Part shown: positions 37,505 to 47,573 of the stretch, piece by piece
How the letters are laid out: the number at the start of each line of letters is the position of its first letter
Position numbering within the stretch: the first letter of the stretch is position 1
Assembly (NCBI GenBank): GCA_947380295.1
Contig: CANCQK010000011.1
Location: 27,975 to 91,974 of the forward strand
DNA length: 64,000 nt
DNA from: Bdellovibrionales bacterium
GTDB lineage: Bacteria > Bdellovibrionota > UBA1018
Direction: 5' to 3'
Translations under genes and position numbers: made by a program
The notes under the pieces: model-generated
What the model saw: only the letters and a program-made list of their open reading frames with translations
What the model was told of the DNA's origin: nothing
Databases searched by the model: none

Positions 37505-38395
37505 TCAGTGCACAGGCAGATAGTAACTCCAGAGATCAATGCACGCGGCTCCGAGATAAATAATGAGGCTGAAGTTCACCCAGAGAAAAAATGATAGCCA
37601 GTGCTTACCCTCCGGCTGGCGTAAGTATCGGACCAGCTCGAGAATCACCTTGAAACTGACTAATCCAGTAGGGATAAAATAAATCCATCGAACCTTAATG
37701 AAAAGTGGAGCAATGAGTGCCAGACCAACATAGCAAAGGCACCATACAGTGATTTGGCGGAGAGTGACTTGTTGCCCGTGAACGACGGGAAGAGTTGGAA
37801 ACCCCCCGACTTGATAGTCTTTTTGGTACCGTAGGGCCAGCGCCCAAAAGTGGGGCATTTGCCAAAAAAAGAGGACAAAGAAAACGTAAAGACCACCAGG
37901 CGTCAAAATAGTGCCGCACGCAGCGGCGTGGCCCATTAAAATAGGAAGGGCTCCCGGAATGGCGCCGGGAACTGCCGCATAGGCCCAGCGGCGTTTCCAC
38001 CAAAGAGTATAAAGACCGTTGTAAGAAATCGCGGCTGCGCAGCCTAAAATAAAGAGGTCTAGAGAAAGTGCGAGTAAAACAGCTAATCCAGAAGTAATGC
38101 AGACCACGACAAAGCCTACGACCTGATTAGGCTTGAGTCTTCCAGAGGGGAGAGGTCGTGATGCCGTTCTCGGCATGAGAGAGTCTAAATCTCGTTCTTG
38201 CCACTGATTCAGGGCGCTTGAGCCCGAGGCAAGAAGCAGAATGCCCGTGAGGGTGAGTAGCAGGCGGCCAAGGCTCAAGGGCAGTTCCGAGGGTTGTCCG
38301 ATTAAATAGCCCGCAAGCACGCTGATGAGAACCAGGGTGACGATCCCAGACTTAGACAGCTCACGCCATGTTTTTAGAGTTTCTTGAAAAGTCAT
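37505..38395 (-). CDS. ctaB: protohaem IX farnesyltransferase (haem O synthase)
   Basis: This UbiA-family polytopic protein carries NQWQERDLDSLMPRTASRPLPSGRL, the CyoE/CtaB signature. It is adjacent to ctaA and the cox genes. Confidence 0.9.
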   Translation of the reverse strand: MTFQETLKTWRELSKSGIVTLVLISVLAGYLIGQPSELPLSLGRLLLTLTGILLLASGSSALNQWQERDLDSLMPRTASRPLPSGRLKPNQVVGFVVVCITSGLAVLLALSLDLFILGCAAAISYNGLYTLWWKRRWAYAAVPGAIPGALPILMGHAAACGTILTPGGLYVFFVLFFWQMPHFWALALRYQKDYQVGGFPTLPVVHGQQVTLRQITVWCLCYVGLALIAPLFIKVRWIYFIPTGLVSFKVILELVRYLRQPEGKHWLSFFLWVNFSLIIYLGAACIDLWSYYLPVH

Positions 38396-38398
38396 AGG

Positions 38399-39028
38399 TC
38401 AATTCTGAGGGGAAAGAGCCGGACGAAAGCCCCCGGTTCGAATCAAAATAAAAAACAAATGTCCCCAGAGCGCGTAGCCAATGGCCATATGCATGAGTCT
38501 AGAGTCTGGATGGATTTGCGTCATGACTACGCCAATCCCTAAGAAGACCTGAGCAAGGGAGAGTCCCGCTGATCTCTTTGCTGGAGCCAGGAGTTCGGGT
38601 GCTGACTTGACCGCGGCCACAGCAAGGTGAAAGAAAAGACCAAGCATTAGAATTCCCCACCAACGATGGGTGAACGCAATTGAACTTTCAAAGTTGAAGG
38701 GTAAAAAGCTTTCAGCGCACTTAGGAAATTCAGGGCATGAGAGGCCGGCCTGATAATTTCTAGATAGAGCCCCCAAAAGGTACTGGATCAGTAAAGATCC
38801 GAGTCCCGCTGTGGCTAGTCGTTTGAGTTTAGGCGCCAAAACCGCTTCTGATGGTGTCCAAGTGAGATGACATGCTGCACCTAAAGTCAGGCTCCAAGCA
38901 ATCAGGATGAACACAGTGCCTAATTCCTTTACGATGGGTGATGGAATGAGGTTGGAGGTATCCACTCGATTAAACCAAACTAATACAAAGTAAAGCAATC
39001 CAACCAAAAACCACGAAATTTTGCGCAT
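38399..39028 (-). CDS. ctaA: COX15/CtaA-like haem A synthase (short form)
   Basis: 209-aa polytopic protein with conserved His-containing helices (FTHRWWGILML, MHMAIGYALWGHLFF) and Cys pairs. It lies directly upstream of ctaB with a 3-nt gap. It is shorter than canonical CtaA, so the assignment is tentative. Confidence 0.55.
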   Translation of the reverse strand: MRKISWFLVGLLYFVLVWFNRVDTSNLIPSPIVKELGTVFILIAWSLTLGAACHLTWTPSEAVLAPKLKRLATAGLGSLLIQYLLGALSRNYQAGLSCPEFPKCAESFLPFNFESSIAFTHRWWGILMLGLFFHLAVAAVKSAPELLAPAKRSAGLSLAQVFLGIGVVMTQIHPDSRLMHMAIGYALWGHLFFILIRTGGFRPALSPQN

Positions 39029-39166
39029 GCGAATCTTTTATCACTGAACACGGCCCTGTTCGAGCTTAATCTTGACTTGGGTGCCGGCCAAAATTATATT
39101 GAGGTCACTTTGAAGATTTCCCAAAAAAACCTCGTTCTGATTCCATGGATTCGTCGCTCAGGCATC

Positions 39167-39994
39167 ATGATGGCCTGCACCCCTTTCTTGATTGTAATAG
39201 TCTTCTTTTTGGGCCTGTCCCATCTGAGTTTGGCAAGTGCGGTCCCCGATGAACTCAAAGACTCTGGTGTGATTGAACATCTCGGGGCAGATATCGCGCC
39301 TGCAGACTATCGCCTTACCGATGAGGAAGGTCGAAGTGTACAGCTCTCAGACTTTTTCAAACGGGGGAAACCTGTTCTCCTGACTCTGGTCTACTATCAG
39401 TGCCCCAATCTTTGTAATTTCATGCTGAATGGCCTGGTGAGCTCGCTTAAAAGTTTAGATTGGAGCGTGGGGGATCAATTCGACATTGTGGCAGTGAGTA
39501 TTGATCCAACGGAAACGCCTGAATTGGCGCGAAGAAAAAAAGAAGCTTATCTGCGAGCCTACGGTAGAATGAGTGCTGAGGTAGGATGGCATTTTTTAAC
39601 GGGTTCCGAAGACCAGGTGAGAAAATTGGCGGCGGCAGTAGGCTTCGGGTATAAGTTTGTGCCCGAAGAAAAACAGTACGCTCACAGTGCTGTGATTCCT
39701 GTTTTGACTTCTTCCGGCGTAATTTCTCGCTACCTTTACGGGATTGAGTTCAGAAAATCGGACTTGCGGTTAGCAGTTCTTGAAGCATCGCATGGAAAAG
39801 TTGGATCGGTAGTAGATCGTTTGCTTTTGTTTTGTTATAGGTATGATCCGAAAACAAGAAAGTATTCAGTTTATTTGAACAGTCTCATGCAAGTTGGCTG
39901 TGGTTTGACTGTTTTGATTTTCGGTGGCTATTTAGCGATTTTTTGGCGAAGACAGAGAAAAGGAGCCTCAATCGAATGTTTAACCAGGCTTTAG
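39167..39994 (+). CDS. SCO1/SenC copper chaperone
   Basis: An N-terminal TM/signal segment is followed by the thioredoxin-fold motif LTLVYYQCPNLCNFMLNG (CxxxC), a downstream His (YAHSAVI) and a C-terminal TM segment. The start is taken at the ATG at 39167. Confidence 0.85.
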   Translation: MMACTPFLIVIVFFLGLSHLSLASAVPDELKDSGVIEHLGADIAPADYRLTDEEGRSVQLSDFFKRGKPVLLTLVYYQCPNLCNFMLNGLVSSLKSLDWSVGDQFDIVAVSIDPTETPELARRKKEAYLRAYGRMSAEVGWHFLTGSEDQVRKLAAAVGFGYKFVPEEKQYAHSAVIPVLTSSGVISRYLYGIEFRKSDLRLAVLEASHGKVGSVVDRLLLFCYRYDPKTRKYSVYLNSLMQVGCGLTVLIFGGYLAIFWRRQRKGASIECLTRL

Positions 39995-40977
39995 CAGGTA
40001 GTGTTCCCATTCAAGGAACGGCAGTTGCCGCGCGTTGGGATGGTCTGTGGGATTTTTTGATAGGCCTGAGTGCCTTCTTTTTTGTTTTGGTCGTGGGTGC
40101 GATGATTTATTTCATTATTGCCTATCGGCATCGTCCTGAGAAAAAGACGACTTACCTTACGGGAAGTCACCTTCTTGAGGCGGTCTGGATCGCAGTTCCA
40201 ACTCTCCTTTTGATGATTATCTTTGGCTGGGGATATTCAATTTACCACTCGATGACACAGGCACCTGCAGATGCTTACGAAGTCCGAGTGATTGGTAAAC
40301 AGTGGCTTTGGACGTTTCAATACGACAGTGGTCGCACCACGGTAAACGAAGTTTTCGTTCCTCTGAACCGACCCGTAAAATTTGTGATGACCTCTGAAGA
40401 TGTTCTACACGGATTTTACATCCCGAATTTTCGAATTAAGCAGGACGTAGTTCCGGGCATGTACAGCAGCATCTGGTTTCAGGCTACCGTTCCGGGCAAG
40501 CACCAAGTGTTTTGTACTGAGTACTGCGGAACTTCTCACTCTGGCATGCTTGCTAAGGTCATCGTTCTTGATGATGCACAATGGAAAGCTTGGAATTTGA
40601 ACCGTCCTATCGGCAACGTTCCTGAAGTGAAGTACTCAGGAGTTGAAGAGGTTTCGGCTCAAAGCCCGGTGGCATCCGCTCAGGGCAGTTTGGTAGAACA
40701 GGGTAAGGCTGTTTACGAAAAGAAAGGCTGCACCGCGTGCCATTCTGTGGATGGTACAACCAAAGTAGGACCAACTCATAAAGGGCTCTTTGGGAGCAAA
40801 GTTGAGCTTGCCGATGGTCGAACCGTGGTTGCAGATGAAAATTATATTCGTAATCACATCGAGAATCCGCAGTCCAGCACGGTTAAAGGTTTTAACGCAG
40901 TCATGCCGACATTTAAGGGTCTGATCTCTGAGACAGAGATGAATGCCCTGATTGCTTACATTAAAAGTTTGAAATAG
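39976..40977 (+). CDS. ctaC: cytochrome c oxidase subunit II with a C-terminal cytochrome c domain (caa3-type)
   Basis: Two TM helices are followed by the CuA site [13 protein letters not shown] and the C-terminal haem site CTACHS...MPTF. The ATG at 39976 is preceded by AAGGAG. Confidence 0.92.
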   Translation: MFNQALAGSVPIQGTAVAARWDGLWDFLIGLSAFFFVLVVGAMIYFIIAYRHRPEKKTTYLTGSHLLEAVWIAVPTLLLMIIFGWGYSIYHSMTQAPADAYEVRVIGKQWLWTFQYDSGRTTVNEVFVPLNRPVKFVMTSEDVLHGFYIPNFRIKQDVVPGMYSSIWFQATVPGKHQVFCTEYCGTSHSGMLAKVIVLDDAQWKAWNLNRPIGNVPEVKYSGVEEVSAQSPVASAQGSLVEQGKAVYEKKGCTACHSVDGTTKVGPTHKGLFGSKVELADGRTVVADENYIRNHIENPQSSTVKGFNAVMPTFKGLISETEMNALIAYIKSLK

Positions 40978-40990
40978 GGAGAGTAAAATT

Positions 40991-42619
40991 ATGGCTCATC
41001 AAGCAACAGTAGCGGATGGAGGAGATAACTACCTCAACCACTCTAAAGGGTTGATGTCGTGGTTGACTACCTTGGATCATAAAAGAATCGGTCTGATGTA
41101 TCTGGCCAGCGTTTTGCTCTTCTTTTTGGTGGGTGGGATTTTCGCACTCCTGATTCGACTCGAACTTTACAAAAGTGGCACCCAGATCATTGATGCCAAT
41201 ACTTACAATCGGTTTTTCACCTATCATGGCGCCATCATGGTGTTCTTGGTGATCATTCCTTCGATTCCGGCAGCACTGGGGAACTTCATTTTGCCGATTA
41301 TCTTAGGTGCAAAAGACGTCGCTTTTCCGCGGCTCAACCTCGCGTCTTACTACATCTTTATGGTAGGAGCGATTTTTGCCGTGGCTGCCCTTTTCTTGCG
41401 TGGAGCAGACACGGGTTGGACGTTCTACACTCCTTACTCGATCAGAACCAATACGACTGTGATCTTAGTTCTCACTGGGGCTTTCATCGCGGGGTTCTCT
41501 TCGATTTTGACCGGATTGAATTTCATCGTGACGATTCACAAGCTTCGTGCGCCTGGGTTGTCCTGGTCTAGACTCCCTCTCTTTTGCTGGGCACTTTACG
41601 CGACCAGCATCATTCAGGTTTTGGCTACCCCAGTTCTTGCAATCACCTTGCTCTTGTTGATGATGGAGAGAATCGTTGGCATTGGGATCTTTGATCCTAA
41701 ATTGGGCGGAGACCCGATCTTGTTTCAGCACTTTTTCTGGTTCTACTCTCATCCCGCGGTGTACATTATGATTCTGCCAGCCATGGGCGTGATTTCTGAA
41801 ATCATTCCTGTGTTTTCGCGCAAGCCGATGTTCGGTTACAAAGCAATTGCTTACTCTTCGTTCGGGATTGCTTTGATCGCCTTTATCGTCTGGGGACATC
41901 ATATGTTCGTCAGCGGTCAAGCCGAGTTAGCCAACTTTGTTTTCTCACTTTTGACTATGTTCGTCGCTGTTCCGACGGGCGTGAAGGTGTTTAGTTGGAT
42001 TGGGACCATGTATAAAGGCTCCATGCACTATTATGCTCCCATGCTTTATGTTTTTGGATTTCTTGAGCTATTCACTATCGGTGGCTTGACTGGCGTATTT
42101 TTGGCGACTCTGGCAATCGATGTTCACTTGACCCAGACCTACTTTGTCGTAGCTCACTTCCATTATGTCATGGTGGGCGGGACTTTGATGTCGTTGATGG
42201 CTGGACTCCATTATTGGTTCCCGAAAATGTTCGGCAAAATGTACTCCGAGCGCTCAGCTCAGATCTCATTCTGGTTGATTCTCATCGGGTTTAACGTGAC
42301 CTTCTTGCCTCAGTTTGTTCTGGGAGCGCAAGGCATGCCTCGCAGGTATTGGGATTACTTGCCTGAGTTCACGACCTTGAACCGAATTTCCACCGTAGGT
42401 TCATGGTTCATCGGTTTGGGTTTCCTGTATGCAGCAGTGTATTTTTATCAAGCACTGAGATCCGGTAAAAAGGCTAGCGCTAATCCTTGGAACGCATTGA
42501 CCTTGGAGTGGCAGACATCGTCTCCCCCTCCTCATGATAATTTCATTGAAACGCCGGTGGTGACCTCATGGCCCTACGAGTACTTGCCTGAGAACATCTA
42601 TATGCAGGGAAATTCTTAA
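40991..42619 (+). CDS. ctaD: cytochrome c oxidase subunit I
   Basis: Haem-copper oxidase hallmarks are [29 protein letters not shown] and VAHFHYVM. Confidence 0.97.
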   Translation: MAHQATVADGGDNYLNHSKGLMSWLTTLDHKRIGLMYLASVLLFFLVGGIFALLIRLELYKSGTQIIDANTYNRFFTYHGAIMVFLVIIPSIPAALGNFILPIILGAKDVAFPRLNLASYYIFMVGAIFAVAALFLRGADTGWTFYTPYSIRTNTTVILVLTGAFIAGFSSILTGLNFIVTIHKLRAPGLSWSRLPLFCWALYATSIIQVLATPVLAITLLLLMMERIVGIGIFDPKLGGDPILFQHFFWFYSHPAVYIMILPAMGVISEIIPVFSRKPMFGYKAIAYSSFGIALIAFIVWGHHMFVSGQAELANFVFSLLTMFVAVPTGVKVFSWIGTMYKGSMHYYAPMLYVFGFLELFTIGGLTGVFLATLAIDVHLTQTYFVVAHFHYVMVGGTLMSLMAGLHYWFPKMFGKMYSERSAQISFWLILIGFNVTFLPQFVLGAQGMPRRYWDYLPEFTTLNRISTVGSWFIGLGFLYAAVYFYQALRSGKKASANPWNALTLEWQTSSPPPHDNFIETPVVTSWPYEYLPENIYMQGNS

Positions 42620-42633
42620 TTTAAGGAGACATC

Positions 42634-43284
42634 ATGTCGAACGGAGAAACTGCACTACAGCATCATCATGCTCATCACTTCGCTAGTGCTGATGATGAAT
42701 TTGAAGCGTCAAAGCAGGGAATGTGGATTTTTCTGGTGACCGAAGTCTTGATGTTCGGTGGGCTTTTTGTTGCCTACGGCATCTTGCGAGGTCTTTATCC
42801 AGAAATGGTGCACGAGGCTCACAAGCTTTTGGCCGTGAAAATGGGAGCGATCAATACGGTAGTGCTGATTAGTAGCAGTATTACTATGGCTCTTGCGGTG
42901 AGCTCGACCCAGAAGGGGCAGCGAAGCCGTGCCATCATGTACCTGGTTACAACCATTCTGCTTGCCTCCTGTTTCTTGGTCGTGAAGTACTTCGAGTATT
43001 CGGCCAAGTTTCATCATGGCCTGTTGCCAGGTGCACATTTTACTAATGGCGAGTTGAAAGATTCCAAATCACCCCTGTTTTTCTCCCTCTACTTCATGAT
43101 GACTGGTCTTCATATGATTCACGTTTTATTGGGGATGGGCGTGATTGGTTGGATCCTTCGTCGAACAATTCGCCGCGAATTTGGTCCAAACTTCTATACA
43201 CCAGTTGAGCTCGTGGGGTTCTACTGGCACTTCGTTGACTTGGTTTGGATTTATCTCTTTCCGCTTCTCTACTTGGTGGGTTAA
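42634..43284 (+). CDS. ctaE: cytochrome c oxidase subunit III
   Basis: 216 aa with MWIFLVTEVLMFGGLF and YWHFVDLVWIYLFPLLYL, both typical of subunit III. Confidence 0.93.
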   Translation: MSNGETALQHHHAHHFASADDEFEASKQGMWIFLVTEVLMFGGLFVAYGILRGLYPEMVHEAHKLLAVKMGAINTVVLISSSITMALAVSSTQKGQRSRAIMYLVTTILLASCFLVVKYFEYSAKFHHGLLPGAHFTNGELKDSKSPLFFSLYFMMTGLHMIHVLLGMGVIGWILRRTIRREFGPNFYTPVELVGFYWHFVDLVWIYLFPLLYLVG

Positions 43285-43287
43285 TTT

Positions 43288-44409
43288 ATGGAATCTCATT
43301 CGGAAAAACAAAAGCATCATCACCATCATATCCTTCCCGTTCGGACGACTTTACTGATCGGGGGAACTCTGATGTTCCTCACTTTCGTGACCGTTTGGAT
43401 TGCTGGAGTGGACCTCGGTCGTTTGAATTTTGTAGTCGCTATGGCAGTGGCTACGACCAAGGCAGCGTTGGTCGCGCTTTTCTTTATGAATCTTTACTAT
43501 GATCGTAAAGAGAACGGCGTGATCTTTGGGACTTCCTTTGTGTTTCTGGCGATTTTTTTCGTCCTGACTTCAATGGACTTATTCTTCCGCGGCAAAGTAG
43601 TCGTGGACCCAAAGCTGATGGAAGCTCCTCAGGCTGGGTCCAAGCTGAAGAAGCCTTGGATTTCCACTCCCGAACTAGTTGCTAAAGGAAAAGAGCTTTT
43701 CTCAGTTCAGTGCGTGTCCTGCCACGGAGTCGAAGGACAAGGCAACGGCCCGGCTGCTGCTGCGCTGAATCCTCCCCCTCGGAATTTCCATACGGACCAG
43801 GGCTGGAAAAATGGAAGAAAAGTTTCCATGATTTTCAAAACATTGAAAGAGGGTCTTCCTCCATCAGCTATGGCATCCTACGCTTCGCTGCCTCCAGATG
43901 ATCGATGGGCTCTTACCCATTATGTGATCGCTTTGGGTCCAACTCCTGCGCCTACTGATACGCCTGACGATTTCAAAAGGGCTGGAGTTGACACGACCCA
44001 GGAAAGTGGTGGCTCTGAGGCTGTTGTTGCTACCGTGCCTGTCGATTTTGCTTTAGAGCGAGTGGAAGTTGCTGCGAACGATGCTGAGAAGTCCGCGCAC
44101 CTGTATGATCCGAGCCAAGCTCAATGGGTCAGTCGAGGCGTTCCTCAATCTCGTGGCGCTCAGATCTATGCTGAGAGTTGCGTCCAATGCCACAACACCA
44201 AGGCCCAAGGAGGGATCAAGATCCTACGAGGGACTGTGATCGTACCCGCTTTGACTGCTCAGAGCGAAGGGATGAGATCTCAGGAGGCGTTCAATCGCTG
44301 GGTGATTCAAGGGATTCCTGGTAATTTGATGCCTGGATTTGGGCAATACAGTTCAAGCGACTTGCGCGACTTGTATCGTACGATTCAGACGATGAACGCT
44401 GGCCGTTAG
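43288..44409 (+). CDS. cytochrome c oxidase subunit IV-like membrane domain fused to a dihaem cytochrome c domain
   Basis: The N-terminal roughly 100 aa (LTFVTVWIAGVDLG...AVATTKAALVALFFMNL) resemble the bacterial CoxIV/CyoD family. The C-terminal part carries CVSCHG and CVQCHN haem sites. Confidence 0.8.
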   Translation: MESHSEKQKHHHHHILPVRTTLLIGGTLMFLTFVTVWIAGVDLGRLNFVVAMAVATTKAALVALFFMNLYYDRKENGVIFGTSFVFLAIFFVLTSMDLFFRGKVVVDPKLMEAPQAGSKLKKPWISTPELVAKGKELFSVQCVSCHGVEGQGNGPAAAALNPPPRNFHTDQGWKNGRKVSMIFKTLKEGLPPSAMASYASLPPDDRWALTHYVIALGPTPAPTDTPDDFKRAGVDTTQESGGSEAVVATVPVDFALERVEVAANDAEKSAHLYDPSQAQWVSRGVPQSRGAQIYAESCVQCHNTKAQGGIKILRGTVIVPALTAQSEGMRSQEAFNRWVIQGIPGNLMPGFGQYSSSDLRDLYRTIQTMNAGR

Positions 44410-44472
44410 AGCCGTTTCAAATACTCCTGCTTGGATGTGCTTCGTGCACCCCTGGCTCATGATATGCATCCA

Positions 44473-44509
44473 CTAAGGCACTATGATTCATAGTGCCTTA
44501 GTTTTTTTT
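44473..44509 (+). terminator. rho-independent terminator of the cox operon
   Basis: CTAAGGCACTATGA (44473-44486) and TCATAGTGCCTTAG (44488-44501) form a perfect inverted repeat, followed by TTTTTTTT. Confidence 0.85.
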
Positions 44510-44926
44510 AATGTGTTCAATCACGGACTTCAGGCAGGAATTGCGGGGGGTGGGGTAGGTGAGTCTTTAGGAGCAGGATCCCCATTCACTAGCTACACAG
44601 CTGCTGCCGTAGTTTATGTACTCATCGCAAGCGTTTTAATTACCGGCTTACTTCTGGGGGCGTTTCTGATCATCAATCTGGGCTTGCTCTCCAAGAGGCA
44701 AGAGGATCGGGTTGGTCACCGAGACCCAAGTGATTTGGGCATCCTCAAGACGGGTCTTTGGCCAGAGGAGCCCGAGGACACGGCTGTTTTGCCTGCTGAG
44801 GAATCAGAGGAGATTTTGGTCGCTTCGCAGGTGATTTCAGAAAAGCTCGAAGCAAGCAAGGGTGCTGTTCGAGGAGAGTTTCAGCGCAAACAGTCTGAAA
44901 AGGGCCAGGAAAAGCGTACTGCTTAG
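44483..44926 (+). CDS. hypothetical single-pass membrane protein with an acidic tail (start uncertain)
   Basis: It has one hydrophobic helix (AAVVYVLIASVLITGLLLGAFLIINLGLL) and an E-rich tail. The listed ATG lies inside the terminator stem, so either the ORF or its start is doubtful. Confidence 0.3.
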   Translation: MIHSALVFFNVFNHGLQAGIAGGGVGESLGAGSPFTSYTAAAVVYVLIASVLITGLLLGAFLIINLGLLSKRQEDRVGHRDPSDLGILKTGLWPEEPEDTAVLPAEESEEILVASQVISEKLEASKGAVRGEFQRKQSEKGQEKRTA

Positions 44927-44933
44927 GTGATTC

Positions 44934-45422
44934 TTATTTGAGCTGGGTCTCGATCTCCGATTCAAGGGCCTCTGGCTCAGTCTGAGGTGCAAATCGCTTG
45001 AGAACCTCTCCGTCGCGGCTCACGAGAAACTTAGTAAAGTTCCATTTGATGGCCTCGGTTCCAAAGAGTCCCTTTTCGGCCTTTTTGAGGTGTTGGTAGA
45101 GCGGGTGGGTTTCTGGACCGTTGACGTTGACTTTCGCAAACATCGGGAAGTCCACGTGGTAGTTGAGGTTGCAGAAATTCTTAATTTCATCCTCGCTTCC
45201 CGGTTCTTGTCCCGCAAATTGGTTACAGGGGAAACCGAGTACGGCCAGTCCTTGATCTTTGTACTTTTGGTAAAGGGCCTCAAGACCTTTATATTGGTAG
45301 GTAAAGCCACATTTGCTGGCTACGTTGACGATCAGCAAAACCTTACCTTCATACTCCTTAAGTCGGATTTCTTTGCCGTCGATGGTTTTCACCTCAAAAG
45401 AATAGATATCATGAGCGGGCAT
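44934..45422 (-). CDS. gpx: glutathione peroxidase (Cys-type)
   Basis: The motifs are LIVNVASKCGFTYQY, LGFPCNQFAGQEPG and IKWNFTKFLV. The catalytic residue is encoded by TGT, so it is Cys and not Sec. Confidence 0.93.
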   Translation of the reverse strand: MPAHDIYSFEVKTIDGKEIRLKEYEGKVLLIVNVASKCGFTYQYKGLEALYQKYKDQGLAVLGFPCNQFAGQEPGSEDEIKNFCNLNYHVDFPMFAKVNVNGPETHPLYQHLKKAEKGLFGTEAIKWNFTKFLVSRDGEVLKRFAPQTEPEALESEIETQLK

Positions 45423-45500
45423 TTGAATTCCTCCTGGTATGGGGCAGTAAATCGATTGTGGTGGATATATAGGGTTGGAGGTTCATTCGCAATGGATTTT

Positions 45501-47318
45501 TTAGGCCGCGAGCGATTCTTCGCCTATGAGAGGATAGTTCACTCGGGCTTTCAGTCGATGGGAGCCCACATAGAGAGCGCAGTTTACGAGAAAGGTGTGG
45601 GTTTCGACGCAGGGAAATTTTTCGGGAAGTGGGTGCTCTGGGGTGGTGATCTGATTTCCCATCAGCCCGAGGGTGTTGGAGTAAGTGCAGAGCTCGGCAA
45701 GGCGGTCAATCGCCTCTTCATGACGTTCAGAAAGGGCTAGGGCAGTTGTGAACTGGAGGCTATTTAGGAGGTCTAGTGGCTCCTCTTTGTTGAACTCGAG
45801 GCGGTTTTTGCTTCGGCGGATAAACACCCCTTGCGCTAAGTCAGTTTGAATCGCATGGAGTGTTCCCTGGATTCGCGGATCGTCGGCTGGAAGAAATTGG
45901 AGTAGGACCAGCCAAAGGCAAGAAGAGTCCAGCGCGCTCTCACCAAAGGATCGCACAAAGGTATTTTGGTGCGAGTCAAATCCTTGCCGACAGATAGTAC
46001 GGTGGAGTGTTCCCTTTTCAGCGAGCCAGCGGGGAGAGGTGGGTTGGCTGAGGCGATCGGCAAGCCAGCAAATTTCTTCAAGCGCTTTCCAGCAAAACAA
46101 CTTCGAGACCACGAAGTGTTCAGCCCTCCCTGGATAGTTCCAAGGTCCATGATCAGGTCTCCTCCAGGCTTGGCTCAGGTAATCTGCGATCCCCACCAGG
46201 TGGGGCCAAATGGATGCCGGTAACTCCTTAAAAATCCGATAATACTGGCTCACCGTAAGAACGAGGTGACCGTAGGTGTCGAGTCTAAATTGCCTTGGAT
46301 CTAGAGAAGAAAGCGAGTAAATCGGGGATCTTTCCGGTCCTTCCTTTGCGCCATCGAGGGTGTAGTAGGATTGGAGGCCTTCGGCTCCATCCCGGACGAG
46401 CAAATTGTAGGTCCAGGCAAAATAGGATCGTGCCTCTTCCTGATATCCCAATTGGTCAAGTGCTTGGAGAACAAACGCGCCATTACGCAAGGAGGCATGG
46501 CGTTCTCCATTGGGATGGGCACGAGAGTGGGATTTAGGGGTGTTGGTGACAGATTGAGCAATTCCGCCTGAATAAGCCTGTGTGAGACTCTTTAAAACCA
46601 ATCCTGATCGAGAAACCAGGTCATGCCATGGTCCTCCGAAAACACAGCCCTCGGGGGGGCAGTGGTGGGCCAGTTTTCGCCATTGAAGAACGGTAGGTTG
46701 AACCTCGGGGGCCTGAACTTTCTTGTGGGAATTCACCTCTAAAAAGTTTCCCGTTCGACCCCAAATCCAGAGCACGGTGGTGGATTGACCTGTGTCTAAA
46801 GAGAATTCTCCGATTGCCTTTGAGTTGCGCTCGGTCATCTTCAGTTCGAAATCCGCCTGAAGTATAACGCGATCCTCCGGGTGAGCTCCTCGAAAGAGCA
46901 CTCCGCGGGGGTGGGCCTCGGTCTGTGCCGTGTCTGTCCCATAGTGAAAGCGGGGTACGCAGCTGAGAACCCAGTCGATAGTTCCTTCAATCACCGAAAC
47001 TTTGCGGCAAAGAATGGGACAGGCAGGGTCATCTTTTGCGAGTGGCATCCAGTCTGAAACGGTCCCGCGACCTGACGGGGTTTCGAAGAGCGTTTCTAGA
47101 ACGAGGGTGCGTGCGAAATAAGTTTGCTTGGAGCGAAACTCGCCTCGAGGCGAAATTTGAAATGAGCCTCCTTGATTCTGATCTGAATAGCTTGCGAAAT
47201 GGCTGGGTGAATCGAGATAGGGGAAACAACACCAGTCAACCGAACCCAGTCGACTGATGAGCGCCGCGCTAAAGTGGTTTCCAACTAAACCGTAGTCGTG
47301 AGGTGACAGGTAGCGCAT
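45501..47318 (-). CDS. glycoside hydrolase family 15 (glucoamylase/trehalase-like)
   Basis: The N-terminus YGLVGNHFSAALISRLGSVDWCCFPYLDSPSHFA is characteristic of bacterial GH15 proteins. An (alpha/alpha)6 catalytic region follows. Confidence 0.85.
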   Translation of the reverse strand: MRYLSPHDYGLVGNHFSAALISRLGSVDWCCFPYLDSPSHFASYSDQNQGGSFQISPRGEFRSKQTYFARTLVLETLFETPSGRGTVSDWMPLAKDDPACPILCRKVSVIEGTIDWVLSCVPRFHYGTDTAQTEAHPRGVLFRGAHPEDRVILQADFELKMTERNSKAIGEFSLDTGQSTTVLWIWGRTGNFLEVNSHKKVQAPEVQPTVLQWRKLAHHCPPEGCVFGGPWHDLVSRSGLVLKSLTQAYSGGIAQSVTNTPKSHSRAHPNGERHASLRNGAFVLQALDQLGYQEEARSYFAWTYNLLVRDGAEGLQSYYTLDGAKEGPERSPIYSLSSLDPRQFRLDTYGHLVLTVSQYYRIFKELPASIWPHLVGIADYLSQAWRRPDHGPWNYPGRAEHFVVSKLFCWKALEEICWLADRLSQPTSPRWLAEKGTLHRTICRQGFDSHQNTFVRSFGESALDSSCLWLVLLQFLPADDPRIQGTLHAIQTDLAQGVFIRRSKNRLEFNKEEPLDLLNSLQFTTALALSERHEEAIDRLAELCTYSNTLGLMGNQITTPEHPLPEKFPCVETHTFLVNCALYVGSHRLKARVNYPLIGEESLAA

Positions 47319-47573
47319 CGTCTAGACAGACAGCAAAGACTAGGCCAAGATTGCAGCAGAGAGTCCTAAAGAGTTAAGGCCAGGTGTTCGAGTTTGAGAT
47401 ATCGGCGTCGCCGTTCGCATTGCAGGCCTAGACCTGGGTCCACTCCAGTTCCGCAGTCCTGATGGCTCGCTGAGTCGATTTGAGTAGGATGCCTAAATAC
47501 GGTATTGACTCATTAAAAATGACACCTTAGGTCCTTGTTGACTCACAATGAGGGCATCCTATGCATGAGATGT

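Noticed and set aside
38435-38444. GGTTCGAATC (a tRNA T-loop-like motif) considered as a hint of a tRNA gene.
   Set aside because: It lies inside the ctaA-like coding sequence. No acceptor, D-arm or anticodon-arm complementarity is evident around it.
45280-45330. Possible selenocysteine in the glutathione peroxidase active site.
   Set aside because: The catalytic codon in NVASKCGFT is TGT (Cys), not TGA. No in-frame TGA and no SECIS-like hairpin is needed.
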